A stretch of DNA of 64,000 nucleotides, from positions 1 through 64,000 of the forward strand of contig BCKQ01000009.1 of NCBI GenBank assembly GCA_001600695.1, in the 5' to 3' direction. How positions within the stretch are numbered: the stretch's first letter is position 1; each line of letters begins with the position of its first letter. This DNA comes from Ascoidea asiatica JCM 7603. Lineage: Eukaryota; Fungi; Ascomycota. The position numbers were made by a program, and so were the translations under genes. The notes under the pieces were generated by a model. It saw only the letters and a program-made list of their open reading frames with translations. It had not been told where the DNA came from and searched no databases. Positions 11,776 through 23,853 of this stretch are shown piece by piece.

Positions 11776-13305
11776 TTAACTATTTTTTGTGAAATATGGA
11801 TCAAAAAAGTTTTGAATTTTTGTATTTTTAAAAACTCTCATTCCCATTGTACTTGATTTTTTGAAATTATTTGATGTTAATCTATTTTCTTTGAATTCTT
11901 TTTCTTTCTTAGTTAAAAATGGTTTCATTAATAAAAATGATATAAATGCATAAAATAATCCAAATATTAAATCTGCTCTAAAATGATGATCTAAATAAAT
12001 AGTTGCCCACCATTGAATAATAACAAAACATAACGCAAGAATTTTAATTAAATACCAATTTGAATAATATGATAAAAATAGAAAAACTTGAACAGCCATT
12101 GCAGAATGTAAAGATGGAAATGCTCCAAATACAATAGGAGATTTATGAAAACCTTTTGAAGTTATATGAGTGCCCATAGCAAGATCAACTCTTGTTAAAC
12201 CTGCAGCATATCCTGGCATATCATAATTTGGAATCACATCTAAACCATTTAAATGAATAAACCATGGAGGAGCATTTGGAAAAATTAAATGGGTAAAAAC
12301 TCCAGAAATATTTTGTATACCTAAAGAGCATGAAAAAAATTTTAAAGCACCAGGAGTTTGAAACACATAAAGATAGACAGCAGTTAATATTGGTATCATA
12401 CAATGAAATATTACATAAAATATCCAAGCTAGTATATCTTTCGAAGAAGTTATAAATTCTGGTTGAGCAAAATGATGATCAATATTTAACAAAGGCCAGG
12501 ATAAAGCTAATAATAATGGAGGTAATATTGATGAATAACCAGGTGGAGTATTAATTGAAGATACTAATTTTTTTCTAGTTGCAAGATTCGCATCAATATT
12601 TATGTTATTATTAATGTTATTATTACTATTATTTATGTTATCAATATCATTGAATGAAAGATCAAAAGATGAACCTGGACTAGTAGGTATTTCAGATTGC
12701 TTTATAGAAGATTGATTAATTGAAAAATTGACTGAAGTTGTTGAAGAATTTATATCATTAGTTGGAGAACTTGAAGATCTATCAGATAAATCTAATGACT
12801 GTAATTCGTGATCAGGTTCATCTATTATGAAGTTGCTAGGATCATTTGATTCATTCAGCTCATTCAGAGCATTTAAATCAGCTTGATTAATTTGATGATT
12901 TGGAGTTGGAGATATAATATTATTATTATTAGTCTCTTGAGATTCTAATCTGATGAAATCTGCATCAAAATTTTTATCAATTGATTTGATTTGAAAAAAA
13001 TGAATATATAAAAAATAAGATAAAATGATAAATGAAAAAGCAAATAAAAACCCTAAAATATTTAGATTATAAATTATTAAATCTAAGTTATAAACTAATT
13101 TAACATGAATTGTTGGTCTCCAATCATTAGGTATCCAACCTGCATGTTTAAATATAAATAACCAGGTAAAAACTGGTAAAAAATTTATAAAAAAATTTAT
13201 TGGTAAAGTAAATACAGATCTTTCATTTATACCACCTTTATATATTCTTATTAATAAATTTAGAAGTAATGGAAATGGTTTTTGAATTAATTTTAACTGC
13301 AACAT
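11776..13305 (-). CDS. IPT1: Inositol phosphotransferase (M(IP)2C synthase; AUR1/IPT1 PAP2 family)
   Basis: FPNAPPW, GYAAGLTRVD, FGAFPSLH and YLDHHFR motifs, multiple TM segments and an IPT1-type N-terminus. Confidence 0.88.
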   Translation of the reverse strand: MLQLKLIQKPFPLLLNLLIRIYKGGINERSVFTLPINFFINFLPVFTWLFIFKHAGWIPNDWRPTIHVKLVYNLDLIIYNLNILGFLFAFSFIILSYFLYIHFFQIKSIDKNFDADFIRLESQETNNNNIISPTPNHQINQADLNALNELNESNDPSNFIIDEPDHELQSLDLSDRSSSSPTNDINSSTTSVNFSINQSSIKQSEIPTSPGSSFDLSFNDIDNINNSNNNINNNINIDANLATRKKLVSSINTPPGYSSILPPLLLALSWPLLNIDHHFAQPEFITSSKDILAWIFYVIFHCMIPILTAVYLYVFQTPGALKFFSCSLGIQNISGVFTHLIFPNAPPWFIHLNGLDVIPNYDMPGYAAGLTRVDLAMGTHITSKGFHKSPIVFGAFPSLHSAMAVQVFLFLSYYSNWYLIKILALCFVIIQWWATIYLDHHFRADLIFGLFYAFISFLLMKPFLTKKEKEFKENRLTSNNFKKSSTMGMRVFKNTKIQNFFDPYFTKNS

Positions 13306-14575
13306 TTTTTTTGAATATCTTATTTATATAAAGGTTTTTTAATTTAAAAAAAAAAGAAAAAAAAATAAAAGGAAGATCCTTAAGCTCGGATAAATTAATG
13401 AGAGAAAGTGAGAAATGTTATATGATTAAAGCCCTTTGAGTAATATATCAGTCTTTTTAACACTTTAATAATATTTTGTAATATTCTTTTTTATAATATG
13501 ATATGATATGATATGATATGATATTTTATAAGGATATTTACTAAGTTTTCATTGATAGTTTTCAAATATATATATATAAATATAGTAGTTGTTCAATTAT
13601 GATGTAGAAAAGGGATTCTCTAGTAATGATTGATATAAATAAATGAGAGAATCATGAATATAATAGCAAATTCAACTCAAAAATACAAAACAGTATATTA
13701 ATGGGAAATATGCTGTTTAAAAAACAGAAATGAATATAATTAATAAAGTAAAATAAAATAAAATAAAATAGAATAAAATAAAATAAAATAAACCAGAATG
13801 AAAACAATAAATGAATAAATAAGAAAAAAAAAACAAAAGAAATTATAGAAAAAACGAAGAAATATGAAATATGAAATAGGCACATAAATAGACTTTTAAA
13901 TAAAATAAAATAAAACAAAATCAAAAATGATAAATGGTTTTTCTACTGCGGTAATGAAACTAACAGCACCGAGAAGAACACGGACAAAAAACAAACAAAC
14001 AAGAAACAGAAAAGTTAACAGGGAATTTGGTCAACAGCCCCGGCAGCACTTGCGCAAGGAGACGTGGGATTCGTGGGTAGTGCATTACTAAGTAGCGCAG
14101 CACAGAATAGTGTAGGCATCAGCCTTAAATACAGCTGCTCTCTCATGAACACAATTTCCCAATAGAGCAAGTTTACACGAGACACGGCTGGCAAACGACG
14201 GAACTACAACGGATATGAGTTGTTGACTTTACCAATCAGCCATACGGCGTGGCTGTGATATTGCAAACTTGCCTTTCCGGCTCTATTTTTACCCGTAGCC
14301 GAAAATAAAATCACGTGTAAATAAAAGTGCTCTGTGCATGTAAGTCCAAGCCCGTACTTTGGCTCCTGCACGCTACAGTTTGTGAGTGAAGTATTAGCGT
14401 TAACCGGAGAATTTAATTAAACCCATAAAGATCCGCAATGCTGGTTCTAAAATATCATGGGTAAAATTTTATAGAGCTATTTTTCACTACTGTTAGATCA
14501 CAGAAGATAAAGTTAATAGTAAATAAATTATTTTGAAAAAAGAATAGTAAGAGAGCTTTATTTTTGTATTGAATT

Positions 14576-17032
14576 ATGCAAATAATGGATACTCCAGTAA
14601 CTATAAGAGATCAGATAAATGCCAATGCTCTGAATTTATCTGATTTGTGTTTAAAGGAATCAAATTCCACTAAGGAAAATATTCTCAGAGAAGATCCAGC
14701 TAACAATATAAAGGAAACATCAATTGAAGAATCTATTGAGAAATTAGTTGAAGATAAATCAACTGAAAAAAAACAAGGTGAAAAAACGTTGATCAAAGAT
14801 GATCAAACTTTTGCTGATAAATTTTTAATTGCAATCGAACAAGAAAAGAGTGCAGATATTGGTCTTACAACTTTATTACTACAAACTCAATCTATAACTT
14901 CGTTAGTTAAAAGAGGTTTAGCTATATCTAATCTTAAAATAGATAATATTAGAACAAGTTTAAATGAAAGAATAATTTTAGATTTAATTAATGATTCTGC
15001 GACTAATTCTGATGATAAAATTACTTCTAATTTTGGAAATACGAATAATAATAAAAATTCAAATAATTTCAAAGTTGGTGATATAATTAAATTAGAAAAA
15101 ATTCCTTCAACTATAATCTCAAGAAATACAAAAAAAAAATCTAAAACTCATTTAAGTAAAAAAGATACAATAAGAGATGATAGAAAACATGAAAATCCTG
15201 AAGTTAATAATCAAAATATTTCACTAAATGCTTTAATAATTAAAGTTAAATTCAATGTAATATCAATTTCAATTGATAAAGATCATAATCAAATTCATAA
15301 TCAAACTAAATCAAAAACTTCTTCAAATTTATCAATTGATGAAATTTTGTTGAAATTAATGAATGAAAGATTATGGATTGTCAAAATTTCAAATTCAGTA
15401 ACTTATAATAGAATTAATTATAATTTAAATCAGTTAAAATTTTTAAAAGATAAATCAATTTTAATTCAATTATTATTAGGTGAATCCAAATTTATACCTC
15501 CTTCAAAAATTTCGTTATCTAATAATCTTGAAAATTTGAAATTTTTAAATACAAATTTAAATCAATCTCAAAAAAATGCAATAAATTTTTCTTTAATGTC
15601 AAATTTATCAATAATTCATGGTCCTCCCGGAACTGGAAAAACTTTTACTTTAATTGAAATAATTTATCAATTATATTTAAAAAATAAAAAAATTTTAATT
15701 TGCGGTCCTTCAAATATTTCTGTTGATACAATTTTAGAAAGATTAATCAATTTGAAAAAAATTCCTAATGACAAAATTTTAAGAATTGGCCATCCAGCAA
15801 GATTATTAAATTCTATACAAAACTATTCTTTAGATTATGTTTCAAAATATTCTAATCCAGGTCAAATTATAAAAGATATTTATAATGAAATTGATCAGAA
15901 TTTCAAAAAAATTAAAAAATCAAAATCTTATTCTGATAGAAGAAAATTATATGCAAATATAAAACTTTTAAGGTCCGATTTAAGATTAAGAGAGAGAAAA
16001 GTTTTAAATGAATTAATTTCAAATTCAAATATTGTAGTATCTACCTTACATGGTGCTGGCTCAAAAGAATTAATGAATCTATATTCAAAAGATTCAAATC
16101 AGTTCTTAACCCAAAATTTGTTTGATACACTAATTATTGATGAAGTTTCTCAAGCTTTAGAACCTCAATGTTGGATTCCAATTATTTCTCATAAAAATTC
16201 TTTAAAAAAATTAATAATTGCCGGGGATAATAAACAATTACCTCCAACAATTAAACAAGTAAAACAAAATGAATATAAAAAACTTTTAGAAACAACTTTG
16301 TTCGACAGATTAATAAAAATTCATAATCCAAGTGAGTTGAAATACCTATTGAATGTACAATATAGAATGAACAATCAAATAATGGAGTTTAGTTCTAGTT
16401 TTTTTTATCACAATAAACTTATTGCTAGTGATTCGGTTAAAACCCATTTGGTTTGTGATTTATCGAATGTTGAAAGTAATGATGACACTTCAGTCCCATT
16501 TATTTGGTATGACACTCAAGGAGGAGATTTTCCTGAGGCTGTAGAAATAGATGAAGAGCATGATTTGAAAAAAAATACAAAAGATCAAAAAGTTGAGTCC
16601 ATTTTTTCTTCGAAGTTTAATGAAAGTGAAGTTTCACTTGTTTATCAACATCTTAAACTATTAATTAATTCAAATGTATCCCAAGAAGCAATAGGTATTA
16701 TATCACCTTATAATGCTCAAGTTTCAATGTTAAAATCCAAGATACTTGATGAATTTGAAAAAGTTGAAATTTCAACTGTAGATGGATTTCAAGGTAGAGA
16801 AAAGGAGATAATTATCCTTTCCTTGGTTAGAAGTAATGAAAAAGGGATTGTTGGATTTCTTCAAGATGAACGAAGATTAAATGTTGCTATGACTAGAGCC
16901 AGAAGACAACTCTGTGTTATTGGTGATATTGAAACTTTGACATTAAGCAAAAACAAATTTCTCAAAGCATGGGGTCAGTGGGCTGAATCTAATGTAGAAA
17001 TAAGATATCCAGATATATCTGAATTTCTTTAA
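14576..17032 (+). CDS. HCS1: SF1 Upf1-like helicase (Hcs1/IGHMBP2)
   Basis: HGPPGTGKT, LRIGHPAR, IIDEVSQALE, GDNKQLPP, QYRMN, TVDGFQGREK and RRLNVAMTRAR. Neighbours ATP7 and PUT3, as in S. cerevisiae. Confidence 0.9.
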   Translation: MQIMDTPVTIRDQINANALNLSDLCLKESNSTKENILREDPANNIKETSIEESIEKLVEDKSTEKKQGEKTLIKDDQTFADKFLIAIEQEKSADIGLTTLLLQTQSITSLVKRGLAISNLKIDNIRTSLNERIILDLINDSATNSDDKITSNFGNTNNNKNSNNFKVGDIIKLEKIPSTIISRNTKKKSKTHLSKKDTIRDDRKHENPEVNNQNISLNALIIKVKFNVISISIDKDHNQIHNQTKSKTSSNLSIDEILLKLMNERLWIVKISNSVTYNRINYNLNQLKFLKDKSILIQLLLGESKFIPPSKISLSNNLENLKFLNTNLNQSQKNAINFSLMSNLSIIHGPPGTGKTFTLIEIIYQLYLKNKKILICGPSNISVDTILERLINLKKIPNDKILRIGHPARLLNSIQNYSLDYVSKYSNPGQIIKDIYNEIDQNFKKIKKSKSYSDRRKLYANIKLLRSDLRLRERKVLNELISNSNIVVSTLHGAGSKELMNLYSKDSNQFLTQNLFDTLIIDEVSQALEPQCWIPIISHKNSLKKLIIAGDNKQLPPTIKQVKQNEYKKLLETTLFDRLIKIHNPSELKYLLNVQYRMNNQIMEFSSSFFYHNKLIASDSVKTHLVCDLSNVESNDDTSVPFIWYDTQGGDFPEAVEIDEEHDLKKNTKDQKVESIFSSKFNESEVSLVYQHLKLLINSNVSQEAIGIISPYNAQVSMLKSKILDEFEKVEISTVDGFQGREKEIIILSLVRSNEKGIVGFLQDERRLNVAMTRARRQLCVIGDIETLTLSKNKFLKAWGQWAESNVEIRYPDISEFL

Positions 17033-17259
17033 AGTATAATTGATAATTGAGGAATATATAATATAAAGTCTAAAGTTGTAGAGAAAAATAAAAAGAGCCT
17101 ATCAAAAAAGGGAAAAAAAAATAGTATGGGTATGGACGATAGAACATGTTGCAAATGATAGCCACAAAAAATATAAACAAATTGAGATAAAGATAAATTA
17201 GGGTAACTGTAAGTCGTGCTTCAAATAAAAACGATATCTAACCATGGAATTTTTATATT

Positions 17260-20200
17260 TTAACCCATGAATTTATTGAATTCTTCGCTGAAATCACCCA
17301 ACCACATTGCTTCATCTGTTATTTCGTTCCATAAAGCACTCTCACTTTCACTGGCCTCGCAATTTTTTAATAGAAGTTTCAAAGAATCTGCAGAAACTAA
17401 CGGTGGCTTCAAAAATGCATCAAGCCGATTTGTAGAAGAATTGGAATTAGAGCTTGTATTCGAACTCCTTCTTTTGAGTTCACCATTATTTTGTATACCA
17501 GTGGAGTTCGACAACCTTCTTTTATTATTTCTTGGATCATAGTTATGGTTCATCTGAAAATTTTCAGGACCATATGGCCCTATGAAATCATTTTCGTGGT
17601 TTCCATCTTCAATTTCGTTGTTATAAGTACCAGCAAATGAAGTCATATTTTGATTAGAATAATTAACATCAGTATTATGACTGGAGTTATTATGACTAGA
17701 ATTATTCTGACTCGAAAGGTTTTGACTATGCAAAACATTCATTTCAACGCCACTTTGAAGATATTGATTATAATGATTATTTTGGGTATTATGAAAGACA
17801 TTAATATCTTGTGCTATCATTGGAGTGGTAGATCTCATTGAGGATAGATTGGTGTTTTTGTATAATCTGTTATCGTTAGCACCGAGAGAATAATTAGAAT
17901 GATCCAAAGGAAGAGAACTTCTATGGGCAGCATTCTCTGGAAGAGAATAGAGTTTATTTTCACTTCTTGTATGTAAATTCTGAGAAGTTTGTTCACTTAC
18001 TTTAGATTTTTTTGGGGTTGAAAATGATTCTTCTGAGAAATAATTTAACATCTCTGCTCCATCATCATGTTTTGTTATTAAGTCATGCATTACTCCATTG
18101 AAATCTAAAACTTTTAATAATTTCAATAACTGACAACGTCTCAAATTTGCAGGATGATTTCCCAAATTTCTCATTTTTGTAAAAATTGTTAAGGCATGAT
18201 CTAAATGTTCATATGTTGCTTTATGAACTCCAAATGCTGCATTGAATAAGATTAAAGTTGCAGAACTAGTAAATAAATACTCTCTATCCATATAACCAAA
18301 TAATGCAATCATATTTTCGGGCATTAGTGACCATAATGATCGAATAGTATTAATGGAAGCCTGGAATGAAGTATTCAATAGATTCAAAATAGGTTTTGAG
18401 AAATTAGAAAGATCAATATAAACATTTTTATTTTTGTTTTTTTTCAATTGGTTATTTGTAAAGTGAAACAACAACGGTCGTACAGCCAAATTAATACCTT
18501 GAAAATATTCTGTGAATAAATTTACAATAAGTCTTGAAATTTTTAGAATTGGTTCAGATTTTGAAAAATCAGGCTTTAAAAAAGCTGGTAAATTTTTTTC
18601 CCACGTTAATAGATCTTCAATCACGTCCAAAAGAATTGGTAAAATATTATTTGTTGGAGGCTTTTGATATAAAGTAGATAAAATTCTTGCATTAATTTTT
18701 GTTATTAATACACAATTTTTGATATATTCTGCTTCAGGAAAAATATAATGTTCACATTCAGGGGGTGGATTAGACATATTAAAATCATTTGGTAATTCAG
18801 TTGAAATAGATTCATCAGTTAAAGACAATGGTAAACCAGCTTTTGAACTTAACATTCTTTCAAACATATAAACTGTCCACCATAATCTTCTTCTATGTTC
18901 TAATTCAAATCTTGTCAAAGTATTTTTTTCAGCATCGACATGCATTCCTAAAATTAAAGCAGATCTTAGAGCTAAACCAAAATAAAAATATGAAGCGACA
19001 GAACAATCGGCTACTTGAAGGTAAAAAGCATATAAAAGCATTACTTCTACACCACCTTCTTTTGCGCAATTATCAATATTTGTAGATTCAAATAAGCCCG
19101 AGAATAATTTTGTAGCTTGTATGAAAAATCCAGAACCTGGTAATTTGGGGCTTGAAGATTTATTACCATTATTATCATTGATTGTTCCAAGATACATTTC
19201 ACCAATTGAAAATATTAATAAAATTTTGCAAAACCAAATAGTTTCAATAATTGGATTTGATTCATTATTAAGGTCAAAGATATTTTTTGTTTGATTTTGA
19301 TTTTGACTTTGGTTTGGAGAATTATTACTATTATTATAGGTTCTTCTTAAATTTTCTTTAACTAGACCCTCATTAAAAAAATAGAAGCAACCATCATTAT
19401 AAGTTATAAAAGTATCAACTAATAACATTGCATAAGAATATGAAGGTAAAGTGAAATTAACTGATATTCCAGGTCGTGAATCAGATTTTCCTATTAATAT
19501 TTTATAAGCATTACCTTCTCTTTCAAGCACTGTTTCAGTAAAATTTTGATTATTTAAACTTGGATCATTGTTTAAAGTACTATGATTTTGGTTTTGATTT
19601 CCATTTTCATCATCATTGATATTATTAGTATTATTATTAATTGATTTTGAATTCTGAGCTAATAATAATTGCAGATTCGTTGTTGTAGTTTTTAATTGAT
19701 CATCATTCAAAGAATTTAAAAAAGTTTTTGGTATTAAATTTTGAATTTCCAAACCAAATAAAGTCATTGAACTAGAGCCTACATAAAATTTTTCACCAGT
19801 TCTTGTTAAAATTAATCTTTTTTGAGTATCTACAAACGGGGGTATTATTTCATTATCATTGTGACTATTGTTATTATTGTTATTATTAATATTATTAATA
19901 TTATTGTTATTATTGTTATTAGTATTGTTATTACTGGCATTATTGTTATTGGTGGTATTATTGTTAATGCTATTATGGGTGTGTAAATTGTTTTGTTGTA
20001 TATCTATATTTTGTAAATTATTTTTAGAAATATTATTTGAATTATTATAATTATTTAAATTATTTGAATGAGGAGATATCTTAACTTTAGCAGAGTTATT
20101 AATTGAGAAATGATTTAAATTATTCATTTTATTAATATTTTCAGTTTTTAAATTATTTCTTAACGAAGCATTTTCTTTTTTTAAATTTGAAATATCATCA

Positions 20201-20763
20201 TGTAATTTTTGTAAATATTTTATTGAAATTATGATTTTTTTATCAGCTTCAATATATTCACATTGAGAATTGGTTGATAAACATTTTGAACAAGGATCAC
20301 CACCAGGGCATTTAATATGACGACGTCTACATCTTGCACAAGCCATTGAAGATCTTTTTTTTTGTTTTGATGGATGAATTTGATGATTTTCCATTTGACT
20401 TTCAATTTGATTATTAATTTGATCTTTAATTTGATTATCAATTTTATTATTGATTTTATTGATAATTTTATTGTTTGTATTGTTATTTTTTATTATTGGT
20501 TTTGGAACTATTGAAAATAATTGATTATTTTTTGATTTTTTAGGCTGTTGAATATAAAGAGAAATATCTCCAGGTAAATTTTTCATATCATTATTATTAT
20601 CATTGATTTTTATATCATTTTCTTCTTTATTCTCAATATTTTCATTACTGATATGAGTTTGATTAGTATTATTTTCATTTGTATTATTATTAGAAGCAGT
20701 GAAACTGGTAGAATTATCGAAACTTGAGTTGTTGAGAACCTGAATATTTTGCAGACTGGCCAT
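17260..20763 (-). CDS. PUT3: Zn(II)2Cys6 transcription factor for proline utilisation
   Basis: RSSMACARCRRRHIKCPGGDPCSKC...CEY...KKIIISIKYLQKL matches the Put3 zinc cluster and linker. Fungal TF middle domain present (EHRRRLWWTVY). Confidence 0.9.
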   Translation of the reverse strand: MASLQNIQVLNNSSFDNSTSFTASNNNTNENNTNQTHISNENIENKEENDIKINDNNNDMKNLPGDISLYIQQPKKSKNNQLFSIVPKPIIKNNNTNNKIINKINNKIDNQIKDQINNQIESQMENHQIHPSKQKKRSSMACARCRRRHIKCPGGDPCSKCLSTNSQCEYIEADKKIIISIKYLQKLHDDISNLKKENASLRNNLKTENINKMNNLNHFSINNSAKVKISPHSNNLNNYNNSNNISKNNLQNIDIQQNNLHTHNSINNNTTNNNNASNNNTNNNNNNNINNINNNNNNNSHNDNEIIPPFVDTQKRLILTRTGEKFYVGSSSMTLFGLEIQNLIPKTFLNSLNDDQLKTTTTNLQLLLAQNSKSINNNTNNINDDENGNQNQNHSTLNNDPSLNNQNFTETVLEREGNAYKILIGKSDSRPGISVNFTLPSYSYAMLLVDTFITYNDGCFYFFNEGLVKENLRRTYNNSNNSPNQSQNQNQTKNIFDLNNESNPIIETIWFCKILLIFSIGEMYLGTINDNNGNKSSSPKLPGSGFFIQATKLFSGLFESTNIDNCAKEGGVEVMLLYAFYLQVADCSVASYFYFGLALRSALILGMHVDAEKNTLTRFELEHRRRLWWTVYMFERMLSSKAGLPLSLTDESISTELPNDFNMSNPPPECEHYIFPEAEYIKNCVLITKINARILSTLYQKPPTNNILPILLDVIEDLLTWEKNLPAFLKPDFSKSEPILKISRLIVNLFTEYFQGINLAVRPLLFHFTNNQLKKNKNKNVYIDLSNFSKPILNLLNTSFQASINTIRSLWSLMPENMIALFGYMDREYLFTSSATLILFNAAFGVHKATYEHLDHALTIFTKMRNLGNHPANLRRCQLLKLLKVLDFNGVMHDLITKHDDGAEMLNYFSEESFSTPKKSKVSEQTSQNLHTRSENKLYSLPENAAHRSSLPLDHSNYSLGANDNRLYKNTNLSSMRSTTPMIAQDINVFHNTQNNHYNQYLQSGVEMNVLHSQNLSSQNNSSHNNSSHNTDVNYSNQNMTSFAGTYNNEIEDGNHENDFIGPYGPENFQMNHNYDPRNNKRRLSNSTGIQNNGELKRRSSNTSSNSNSSTNRLDAFLKPPLVSADSLKLLLKNCEASESESALWNEITDEAMWLGDFSEEFNKFMG

Positions 20764-21560
20764 TATTTGGAACCATTCAAAGCGATTAGATTACAATTAA
20801 TGAAAACAACTGAAGCCAAATGTGAGAATAAAAACTTTGCTCTCAATTTGAATATTTTGAATATTTTGAATAGAAAAATATAAAGAATAGACAATAGACA
20901 ATAGACAAAAAAGTATAAAACTCAAGATGCTGAGTAATATTCACTCATATTTACATCTATTACTACTTATCAGATTGTAGTTTATACTTATTTAACTTTT
21001 ACCCGTTTCCAGATCGCGATCTGATCAGATAAATCTCTGCGATAGGGCCGGAACTGAGATAGTCACAACTGTAAAGACAAGGTGCACAGCGATGCATGCA
21101 CACATTTAGATACGTTGAAAATAATTACCAAGTAGGTGGATTGGACTATTATAAAGGGTGCTACCAGTAGAGTGGATGATAAAAAAAAACCCACCTACAT
21201 GTTACCCGGTGTTCTTTTCTGACCACTCAGATCTCTTAATTTTCTTTTTTTCCGTGCTCGAGAGGTCTCTCTAAACCAGTGTATGGCATTATTACTATTA
21301 CTAGCAGCTGGGGCAGGGTAAGATATAGCTTAAGTAGTGTTCCTCAATCCACTAGCTCTGCTCTGGTTAATAAAGCTCTATTCACGGTATGGGGGGGTTG
21401 GACTAATGCAGAAATCAAGTGGTAATATATTAATATGTTCAATAATCTTGTATCTAAGATTATTTATTGATTTATAACAGTCAAATCGTTTTTCTGATAT
21501 TTGATAAACACATTATTTATCCCCATTTCTGCATATTTAATCAAACAATATTTATTCATT

Positions 21561-22205
21561 ATGTCTCTTGTATGTATAATATGGTCTTTGTCTTTAGTCG
21601 TTTCTTCTAACTGTCTTTCATTAATCATTTAAAGACTAATGTATTCTTAACAATATATTCTAACTTTTTTTTTAATTTTGATTATCAATTTAAAGAAATC
21701 TGCTGTCAAATTAGATTGGGCAAAAGTCATCTCATCTTTAGGTCTTAAAGGTCAATCTGCTGCTTCTTTACAGGCTTTTAAAAAGAGAAATGATGAAGCC
21801 AAAAGACAAGTTTTTGAATTATCTCAACAAGATAAACCAATTGATTTTTCTCATTATAAGAAAATTTTAAAAAATCAATCAGTTGTAAGTGAAATTGAAA
21901 ATACTATTAATAATTTCACTCCCGTTACTTATGATGTTTCAAATCAATTGAATATAATCGATCAATTTGAAAAAAAAGCAGTTGAAAATGCAAATGAAAC
22001 TGAATCTTTAGTACTTAAAGAATTAGCCGATTTACAACAAACTTTAGATAATATCAAATCTGCAAGACCTTTCGATCAATTAACTGTTGATGATGTAGTA
22101 AATGCTAAACCTGATGTTGATGAAAAAGTCAAAGAAATGGTTAAAAAAGGTAGATGGGATGTTCCTGGTTATAAAGAAAAATTCGGTGATCTTGTTATCA
22201 TGTAA
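21561..22205 (+). CDS. ATP7: Mitochondrial ATP synthase subunit d; two exons join(21561..21569,21696..22205)
   Basis: Exon 1 ATG TCT CTT is followed by GTATGT at 21570. Splicing to 21696 gives MSLKSAVKLDWAKVISSL, matching Atp7 (MSLAKSAANKLDWAKVISSL). The C-terminus is WDVPGYKEKFGDL. Confidence 0.93.
21570..21695 (+). other. Spliceosomal intron of ATP7 (126 nt, GTATGT...TTCTAAC...AAG)
   Basis: 5'ss GTATGT, branch-like TTCTAAC at 21658-21664, poly-T tract. The first AG downstream is AAG (21693-21695) and it restores frame. Confidence 0.85.
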
Positions 22206-22528
22206 TCAAATTTCAACAAAATTATCAAATTATCAGTTCCTAGTATTTTAATACTATTATTGGTTCATATTTTTTCTATTTTTTTTTGTATCAAATAATT
22301 TAAATAGCTAGCCATAAATTCAAGTAAATTCAAATAAAATAAATAAATTAAGCCAAATTAAATTCAATTAACTAAATAGATAAATAAAAATAAATATTCT
22401 TTTAATTTTAATAATTTTGTCTTTATTACTAATATATTACTCTTGATATACTAGTTTAAATACTACAATGATTTATATTTTTATATCACTATTTACAAAT
22501 TTTGATTTATATCATATATTTAATATTT

Positions 22529-23337
22529 TCAAAGAAAAGAATTACCTATTGACTGTTCTTTAACATACTTTTTGACTAAATTTTTTTTAATATTTTTCTT
22601 TAAATTTTTTGAATCTTTACCAAATGATGAAATTATTTTATTAGCTTTTGCTTCATCTGCAAGAATTTCATTAACCATAATTTCACTTTGAACTTTGAAT
22701 ATCTTTTCTTTTAAAGTATCGTTTTCAAGTTTAAAGATTGATGTAGATGGTGGCCATGATTCTATTTCATATTTCTTTTTTATTGAATCAAGTTTTTTAA
22801 TTTCTTCATCATTTAAATCTGATTTATTCGAACCAATTTTTTCATTAATAAAACTTATATCACTTATAAAATTTGAGTTATTCTTTAAATCATTCTCATA
22901 TTGATAACGTTTTGATAAAAAATTTTTAGCTTTAATATTTTCTTCTTCAAATACTTCTTTTTTAGCTATTCTTTGATATTCCTCAAACTGTTGACCCATA
23001 TTTGATTTTATTTCTGCAATTGCAAATGCTTTATGTTTTGATATTGGACGACAATTCTCAATACGAACAAAATCTCCTTCTTTACAAACATCACCTTCAT
23101 CATGAACAAGAAAATCTTTTCTTCTAATCATTTCCTTAAAAAATAATAAAAAAAAAAAAAAAAGTGTAAAACTCTATTATTAGTAAATTGAAATCATTAT
23201 TTAATATTCTGATTTATGAAATAATAACTTACTTTATTGATTTTTCTATTATAAATTTTTTGTTGAACTCTAACCTTGACAGTTTTACTCATTTTCCCTT
23301 GGGAAATCACTAATCCCAAAAAATTTTGACGGGCCAT
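22529..23337 (-). CDS. MRPS17: Mitochondrial ribosomal protein uS17m; two exons complement(join(22529..23134,23233..23337))
   Basis: Exon 1 (35 codons, missed by the ORF track) [35 protein letters not shown] joins [26 protein letters not shown], giving a complete S17 domain. Confidence 0.93.
23135..23232 (-). other. Spliceosomal intron of MRPS17 (98 nt, GTAAGT...TACTAAT...AAG)
   Basis: 5'ss GTAAGT at 23232, TACTAAT at 23185-23179, long poly-T, 3'ss TTTAAG. The phase-0 join is colinear with the ortholog. Confidence 0.87.
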
Positions 23338-23853
23338 ATTTGAAAGGATTGATATATTGTTAACAGTTATTATTGTTATATATTTATTATGTCAAAGGTG
23401 CTTTTACAGATTAATTTATATTTTCTTACCAGTATATTATAATGTCATTACATTATACAATATAAAGAATGAATTCTATTACTACTATACTACCGAAAAA
23501 AAAAATTAACCAACGTTACTTTACCCGCACATTAGCTTTAACAACGCTTCAACACTTCAACGCTTACAACCTGGATCGGCGAAAAATCACGAGGCTATTT
23601 TACACCAGAATTGTCAAGAGCACGGTTCGACTCATCCAAACATACTATTATCCAAAAATACTATTATTTTACATTTTATACAATCACTAATAATCTTAGG
23701 ACCTGTAAGCAAAAATATTAATTTTGCAATAAAAGATTTAATCAAAAAATATCATATTTGTCTATAAATGAAAAAATCAAAAATGAATTTGATTGAATGG
23801 AATTGAATTGATTTGATTTGAGCCAACAACTTAAGATAGAAACTTAGATTACC

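Noticed and set aside
14311-14317. TCACGTG as a point-centromere CDEI
   Set aside because: No CDEII/CDEIII arrangement follows; it is a plausible promoter bHLH site.
21678-21695. ORF-track TTG start for ATP7 and ATG 23131 start for MRPS17
   Set aside because: Both are artefacts of unspliced prediction; true first exons were found upstream.
23620-23640. GGTTCGACTC, a tRNA T-loop/B-box-like motif (also GGTTCAATCC at about 62584)
   Set aside because: Flanks do not form a T-stem or cloverleaf. At most these are isolated B-boxes.
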